Source: a virus (taxonomy: Duplodnaviria; Caudoviricetes). Taken from it: 27,917 nucleotides of DNA. This document shows positions 22,880-27,917 of the stretch, piece by piece (positions within the stretch are counted from its first letter, which is position 1; every line of letters starts with the position of its first letter). The stretch lies in the IMG/VR virus record IMGVR_UViG_3300017774_002294, positions 1 through 27,917 of that record, one strand, 5' to 3'. Below the pieces are notes generated by a model. It made no database searches. It was given only the letters and a program-made list of their open reading frames with translations, and was not told the origin of the DNA. The position numbers and the translations under genes are program-made.

Positions 22880-23887
22880 ATGAGTGCGTTAAATAACTTT
22901 AATTTCCCAAAATTTCAAGACATATTAGCACAAGCAAATATGGGGCCCATCAATCCCCGTAGGACTAGTCCGCGCAATAATGGGCCATCTTTCATAGAAG
23001 AGTTGGTCAACTTTGGCAGAATGATGGGGTATATGCGAGCAAACAGATACTGTGTTTTGCTTCAAGGCGTTCCATCCTCTGCGGGAATGTTGCCCACGGA
23101 TAGTTCTAGACTATCTTTAAACTGTCTTCAAGCCGCAGTTCCTGATGTAGGATTTGTTGCAGCCGAACAGTATACTGCTGGCCCAAAAAGAAATATCCCT
23201 CAGTCTATGACTTACGGTGACAACAATGCACAATTTCAATTCAATTGTGGTGTTGATCTTTATGAATATCTGTTCTTCCGAAATTGGCAACGATCTATTA
23301 TTGATCCTGTGTTTAACTACGCTTCATATTATGAAGATTACGCAAAGAACTGCTCGCTGACTGTTATTCTTCTACCAAATAATGTTCGTAACTTTAGCGA
23401 TATGGTGGCTCGCTTAGATAACAACGAACTTTACGGTATAAAACTAGATGAGGTATATCCACGATCTGTGGGTATAAATGCAGTTCAGCACGCTTCCACA
23501 AACATTGTGCTTGTTTCAAATATTTCTTTTGCGTATCGCCGAATAATACCATTTAAAGATTTTGGTGATGAATTAAAATATTCTTTACATGCCGCTTACG
23601 CTAGTGAAAGTAATGTTACTGATATATTGCGTCAAATTGATGAACGAGCATTGCAAAATGGTATCGTTAAAGAATACTCGGCAGCAGAAATACAAGAACT
23701 CAAAGAGAAGTACTTGGCAACCGATCCGCTGAGAGCCAAGTTGAAGAAGGGCCCATTTGACTTCCTCAACAAGATTGGTCAATCCAAAGACCCATCAATC
23801 ACCCCACCTGAACTTGATGCCAATCCGTTTATTAACAATCTACTCACTTCTGGCATCAATATTGGGGCTCTATTCCAAGGCATATAA
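22880..23887 (+). CDS. gp54: Tail tube initiator / tube-fold baseplate protein, gp54-like (335 aa)
   Basis: RANRYCV...RLSLNCLQAAVP...GPKRNIP...FQFNCGVDLYEYLFFRNWQ..I...YYEDY...LDEVYPRSV...ISFAYR: tube-family pattern; context among baseplate genes. Confidence 0.7.
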   Translation: MSALNNFNFPKFQDILAQANMGPINPRRTSPRNNGPSFIEELVNFGRMMGYMRANRYCVLLQGVPSSAGMLPTDSSRLSLNCLQAAVPDVGFVAAEQYTAGPKRNIPQSMTYGDNNAQFQFNCGVDLYEYLFFRNWQRSIIDPVFNYASYYEDYAKNCSLTVILLPNNVRNFSDMVARLDNNELYGIKLDEVYPRSVGINAVQHASTNIVLVSNISFAYRRIIPFKDFGDELKYSLHAAYASESNVTDILRQIDERALQNGIVKEYSAAEIQELKEKYLATDPLRAKLKKGPFDFLNKIGQSKDPSITPPELDANPFINNLLTSGINIGALFQGI

Positions 23888-23890
23888 ATA
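23883..23890 (+). promoter_or_regulatory. T4 late promoter consensus TATAAATA upstream of gp26
   Basis: Exact TATAAATA overlapping the gp54 stop, 30 nt before the gp26 ATG, with an AAGGAG RBS at 23909-23914. Confidence 0.8.
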
Positions 23891-23920
23891 AAAAGTAGCG
23901 ACTGAATCAAGGAGAATATC

Positions 23921-24631
23921 ATGGGTTTACCCACACTAGCGACACCAAAATATGAATTAACTATTCCATCAACTGGTCAAAAAATTGAATATCGTCCATT
24001 TTTAGTCAAGGAAGAAAAGGTTCTTCTGTTGGCTAATGAAACAAAGGATGAGCGTGAGCAAATTCGCGCCATGAAGCAGGTTATAGAAAACTGCACCTTT
24101 GGTAAGGTTGATATTGATTCTCTTGCATCGTTTGATATTGAATATCTGTTCTTGAAACTTCGGTCAAAGTCGGTTGGTGAAACTATTGAGGTCGGAATAA
24201 AGTGCTCTTCTTGTACCGAAAGTTGCCCAACAACAGTAAACATCAATGATGTGGAAGTAAAGTTTGATCCAAAGTTTACAAACAGAATCAAACTATCCGA
24301 AACTGTTGGTGTTCTTATGCGATATCCAAACTATGAGGATATGATTAACCTTTCGCAGATACAGAAGTCTGAAAATTCAGAAGATGTAATGGCTTTCGTG
24401 GCAGGATGTATAGACAAAATTTACGATGACAAACAGGTATACAACACTTCAGACTTTACAAAAGAAGAAGTTGTAAAGTTTATGGATGAACTTTCGCAGG
24501 TTGGGTTGAAGAAGATTATGGCGTTCTTTGAAAATATGCCTGTGATGCAGAAGGATATCAAGATTAAGTGTCCCAAGTGCAGTAAGGAATCGGAGGTCAC
24601 GCTAAGAGGGGCGCAGAGTTTTTTTCAATAA
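23921..24631 (+). CDS. gp26: Baseplate hub assembly protein gp26-like (236 aa, two CxxC motifs)
   Basis: MGLPTLATPKYELTIPSTGQKIEYRPFLVKEEKVLLLA...FDIEYLFLKLRSKSVGE...CSSC...MRYP...FFENMP...CPKC...LRGAQSFF. Confidence 0.92.
   Translation: MGLPTLATPKYELTIPSTGQKIEYRPFLVKEEKVLLLANETKDEREQIRAMKQVIENCTFGKVDIDSLASFDIEYLFLKLRSKSVGETIEVGIKCSSCTESCPTTVNINDVEVKFDPKFTNRIKLSETVGVLMRYPNYEDMINLSQIQKSENSEDVMAFVAGCIDKIYDDKQVYNTSDFTKEEVVKFMDELSQVGLKKIMAFFENMPVMQKDIKIKCPKCSKESEVTLRGAQSFFQ
24619..24625 (+). other. Candidate -1 ribosomal frameshift heptamer T TTT TTT joining gp26 to gp51
   Basis: AGT TTT TTT CAA TAA ends gp26; the -1 frame reads TTT TTT TCA ATA AGT ATG straight into the gp51 frame with no stop. 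Confidence 0.6.
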
Positions 24632-24633
24632 GT

Positions 24634-24840
24634 ATGATGCATGATACTTTGGGAAACATGTTCCAAAGTAATTTTGCAATGATGCAGCATCATAAGTATT
24701 CATTATGTGATTTAGAAAACATGTTACCGTGGGAAAGACGGTTATACATTGATATGCTGGTTCAACATGTGAAAGAAGAAAATGAAAAGCACCAAGGAAT
24801 AAATGGGGCGCAATTTGATCCCGCACAGTTTCAACAGTAA
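24634..24840 (+). CDS. gp51: Baseplate hub assembly catalyst gp51-like (68 aa)
   Basis: NFAMMQHHKYSLCDLENMLPWERRLYIDMLVQHVKEEN, the short gp51-type protein that follows gp26 in cyanophage-like myoviruses. Confidence 0.88.
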   Translation: MMHDTLGNMFQSNFAMMQHHKYSLCDLENMLPWERRLYIDMLVQHVKEENEKHQGINGAQFDPAQFQQ

Positions 24841-24850
24841 AGAATAAGAA

Positions 24851-27535
24851 ATGGCAGAACAAGGATTTAACACAGGACCAAACTCAATGCCCGGGGGAGC
24901 ACCAGAAGACCCCCGTGTTAATGTTGCCGCTGTAAGTGCAGAACTAAAACAAGCCCAACTTCTTCAATCTCAAACCATCAAATCTCTAACCGAGACAATT
25001 GATGAACTAAAGAAACAGTACGCTGATCTTGTGGGAGAAAATAAGACTCTATCGACAGAAGAGCAAGCAGTCAGCAAAGAACTTACGGATAAAATTCAAA
25101 CTCTCTCTGAGATTTTAAAGAGTATGGAAGAGAGTATGGCGAAAGGCGAACCAGTTCGCTCTCTTGCTAGTATTGGAGCAAAAGAAAGAATTCAAACTTT
25201 TGATAAATTAACTTCTGTAATCACACAGTATCAAAAAACAAACTTAGAGTTTATGAAAACTTCTCAAGGTCAATCACTAGACTTTGATAGTTGGTATGAA
25301 GGATTCTTAGAACAACAAAGAACAGATTTGGCAAGCCTTGAGGCTTCTGAAGACAATGGAATTGTTCTAGAAGAAATCAAGAAAATTTTAAAGACATCCT
25401 CTGTTGAGATGGGAAAAGTTTCTGATCCGGAACTAACAGAACTTGCTCGTTCTAGTTTTCGTTTGTCTGTGGAAGAAAAGAAAAGAGACTTGGAATTCTT
25501 TGAGCAGAACCGAGATATAATTAAACTCAATAAAGCCGCGAACACACAAGATCAAGAAAATGTTCGCAAAATTATTTCATCTAATCAATTTGATCCATCT
25601 AAACCTATCCTAGAGTACGGTTTTAAGAGTGTATCAAAAGATATGGATAAACTCATTCAAAACACCAAGCATCGTTCTTTGATAAAAATCATTTCTGATC
25701 TTCTTGGTCCATTTGGGCCAATCATAATGGGATTGGTTAAGATTGTAGTTATTCCACTAATGTTTACCTTGGGCTTGTTTGGTGGACTGCTGTTTGCACA
25801 ATATGTAAAACTAAAGCGGATAGGTGATGTTTTAACTCTAGAACCGTTCTATAATTTCTTAGATGGGGTTAGAGGAATTTCCGATAGTTTTAAAGCAATT
25901 AAAATTCAGATTACAAGAGCAATATATCACGATTTGCCTGATGTATATAAAGCCATATCTGATTTTTACAAGTCTGTATCTACTTTTTCAAAAACTATGA
26001 AAGGTAAGATACTTGGAGCCCTTAAAAGCAAATTTGGAAAACTGTTCTCTAAATTTGAAATGGTTCCTGCGTTTCTTTCTTATCTTTTGGATGCTCTTAT
26101 AGTAAAATTTGCCGAATCAAAAATAATTGCATTTATTGGAAAAACTGGTAGCATTTTGGGTAGCATAGGAAAAGGTATACTCAATGTCACCACAACTGTT
26201 GGTGGTTTTGTCAAGACAGTTTTTGCACCAATAACCGAGTTCTTTAAATCTGGAACTGGTAAATTGGTAACTAGCGTTGACTATTTTACTCTTGGTATCT
26301 TTAAGTTTGCTAAATTGGGGTTTAAACTAGGAAAAGGTTTAGGTGGATTATTGGGCCCATTAGCAACAGTTATAGGCATCTTTGAAGGTCTGCCATCACT
26401 ATGGCAAAAACTAACTTCAGGTGATTTACGAACTGCTATTAAAGGTGCTCTTGCTTTAATCACACAAATAACAGCGTCAACTCTTGCAACAATATTTGGT
26501 GGCCCTGTTGGCGGTATTGCTGCTGCTATGGCTTTGAACTTTGAAAGGATTTACCGATGGTTTGAACCGCTATTTGATTTAATGTTAGATGTGGGTGAAA
26601 CTATTTTTGATTTGATATCTTCAATATACACAGATTTTGTTCAACCTGTTTTGGAAACTGTAACCGAAGTAATAGTTAAACTTTTGGATGGAGCATTTAC
26701 CTTATTGGCTCCTGTTCTAAAACTACTCAGAATGGTATTTACTGTTATGAGTTATACTATATTCCCGTTAGTTAAACTTGCGTTTAGCGCACTAGGATTT
26801 GTTTTCAAGTATACCTTCAAGGCACTAATGTTTGTTTATGAAAATACAATAGAACCTGTAATTAACGGAATAGCGTATGTGTTTAATTTGGTATTGGATA
26901 CAATTAACGATGTTGTAAAGAAGGTTGTTGAATACGCTATTGGTTGGTATAACGATACTCTTGGTAATGTTTTTGGCAAGAAAGAAAACCCATTTGATAC
27001 TGCTAAAGCAGCAGTAACGGCTGTAGCCACAAAAACTACTGAGATTACTAAAGAAAAGGCAGAAGATACCAAGGAGTGGTTTGGTTCTCTAAGCGAATCT
27101 GTTACAGAGGGAGTTTCCGATGCAATGTCAACAGGTCAACAACTTGGGGGTTCTGCATCAGAATCTTTAAATAGTCTAGTTGAAGCATTGAAACAACACA
27201 CCGAAGCAGTTAAAGATCAAACTGTAGCGTTGTCCAATAGTCCACTAGGTATGAAGATTAAAGAAAAGGGAGCAGAAGCATTAGATTATATGCTCACCCC
27301 TATGAGCAATCAAATGCAATATGCTGCATCTCCATCAGCCTCACCATTGAGTCAACAGGAAATGATGAATGCTGCTCTTGGATACAAAGGAAAAGCCGGA
27401 GATACTATTGTGAACAATGTCGTCAATAATACCTCCGGCTCTAACGGTGGTGGCGGAATGATTCCGATGATCTCGTCAGGTCATATGGATCCTACCAAGG
27501 TAGCACTCCAAATTTCCTATAGACCACCAGGTTAA
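24851..27535 (+). CDS. Putative tape measure / tail length protein, gp29-like (894 aa)
   Basis: Coiled-coil N-terminus, long amphipathic-helical middle with hydrophobic segments (IIMGLVKIVVIPLMFTLGLFGGLLFA), C-terminal TIVNNVVNNTS tail; directly follows gp26/gp51. Confidence 0.65.
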   Translation: MAEQGFNTGPNSMPGGAPEDPRVNVAAVSAELKQAQLLQSQTIKSLTETIDELKKQYADLVGENKTLSTEEQAVSKELTDKIQTLSEILKSMEESMAKGEPVRSLASIGAKERIQTFDKLTSVITQYQKTNLEFMKTSQGQSLDFDSWYEGFLEQQRTDLASLEASEDNGIVLEEIKKILKTSSVEMGKVSDPELTELARSSFRLSVEEKKRDLEFFEQNRDIIKLNKAANTQDQENVRKIISSNQFDPSKPILEYGFKSVSKDMDKLIQNTKHRSLIKIISDLLGPFGPIIMGLVKIVVIPLMFTLGLFGGLLFAQYVKLKRIGDVLTLEPFYNFLDGVRGISDSFKAIKIQITRAIYHDLPDVYKAISDFYKSVSTFSKTMKGKILGALKSKFGKLFSKFEMVPAFLSYLLDALIVKFAESKIIAFIGKTGSILGSIGKGILNVTTTVGGFVKTVFAPITEFFKSGTGKLVTSVDYFTLGIFKFAKLGFKLGKGLGGLLGPLATVIGIFEGLPSLWQKLTSGDLRTAIKGALALITQITASTLATIFGGPVGGIAAAMALNFERIYRWFEPLFDLMLDVGETIFDLISSIYTDFVQPVLETVTEVIVKLLDGAFTLLAPVLKLLRMVFTVMSYTIFPLVKLAFSALGFVFKYTFKALMFVYENTIEPVINGIAYVFNLVLDTINDVVKKVVEYAIGWYNDTLGNVFGKKENPFDTAKAAVTAVATKTTEITKEKAEDTKEWFGSLSESVTEGVSDAMSTGQQLGGSASESLNSLVEALKQHTEAVKDQTVALSNSPLGMKIKEKGAEALDYMLTPMSNQMQYAASPSASPLSQQEMMNAALGYKGKAGDTIVNNVVNNTSGSNGGGGMIPMISSGHMDPTKVALQISYRPPG

Positions 27536-27917
27536 TCAATCCTCTTCAGCCAACTTACGGAAGTAAGACAGGGTATCGTCTTCCTCAGCCGTATCCTCTT
27601 CCTGTGCTGGCTTCTTTGCAGCGGGAGCGTCCTTCTTACGGAACTTCTCGCTCAAACTCTCACGGATGGGCTCTTCGTCTTCAGCCTTCTTGGAGGACTT
27701 GATTTCGGTGGTGAGAACAGTCTCATACCGCTCCTTCAATTCCTCGTAAGACTTAAACTTGTCGGAAGCAACAAACTCCTGCAAGGCATACTGTGACTTC
27801 CACAACTTCTCAAGGAACTCATCCTTACCTTCAAGCAGAGGACTCTTGGTGTCAAACTCACTCTTATCGTAGTTTGCAAAACCACCAACAGTCTGAATCT
27901 TCATCTTGAAGTTGCAA
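27536..27917 (-). CDS. gp32: Single-stranded DNA-binding protein gp32, C-terminal part (5' end outside the window)
   Basis: CNFKMKIQTVGGFANYDKSEF...FKSYEELKERYETVL...acidic tail EEDDTLSYFRKLAEED; frame open to the window edge. Confidence 0.92.
   Translation of the reverse strand, partial: CNFKMKIQTVGGFANYDKSEFDTKSPLLEGKDEFLEKLWKSQYALQEFVASDKFKSYEELKERYETVLTTEIKSSKKAEDEEPIRESLSEKFRKKDAPAAKKPAQEEDTAEEDDTLSYFRKLAEED

Noticed and set aside
1-27917. Alternative genetic code as the explanation for the empty first 11 kb or the internal stop
   Set aside because: gp7 is open in the standard code. TAA and TGA both end genes at tight junctions, and the only internal stop is TAA. No gene ends in TAG, but no gene contains an in-frame TAG either, so there is no positive evidence of reassignment.

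Overview
This window is the tail/baseplate module of a large T4-like (Tevenvirinae/cyanomyophage-type) myovirus, fully coding and AT-rich. Leftward (minus-strand) late cluster: gp48, gp53, gp27-like hub, gp5 spike, gp5.1-like Ig protein, gp5.4 PAAR, a membrane/GAF-like protein, gp25, gp6, gp7. Rightward cluster: gp4, gp2, gp54-like, gp26, gp51, tape-measure-like protein. The 3' end of gp32 (SSB) converges on it. The apparently empty first 11.4 kb is one uninterrupted minus-strand ORF (ATG at 11362, no stop before the window edge, >=3787 aa), probably missing from the ORF track because it has no stop in the window. Translated by hand, it is a gp7 baseplate-wedge protein carrying roughly 2900 aa of extra material: three glycoside-hydrolase-like segments (apparently nested) and a 792-aa array with about 20% Cys, made of two repeat families whose units always keep an even Cys count. 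There are three translational oddities: a T TTT TTT -1 slippery site fusing gp26 to gp51 just before the tape measure gene, an in-frame TAA inside the gp27-like gene, and a probable ATA start for gp4. gp5 lacks a lysozyme domain and has a 420-aa C-terminal extension with a glycine-zipper segment. All family assignments come from motif recognition by eye; no database search was run.
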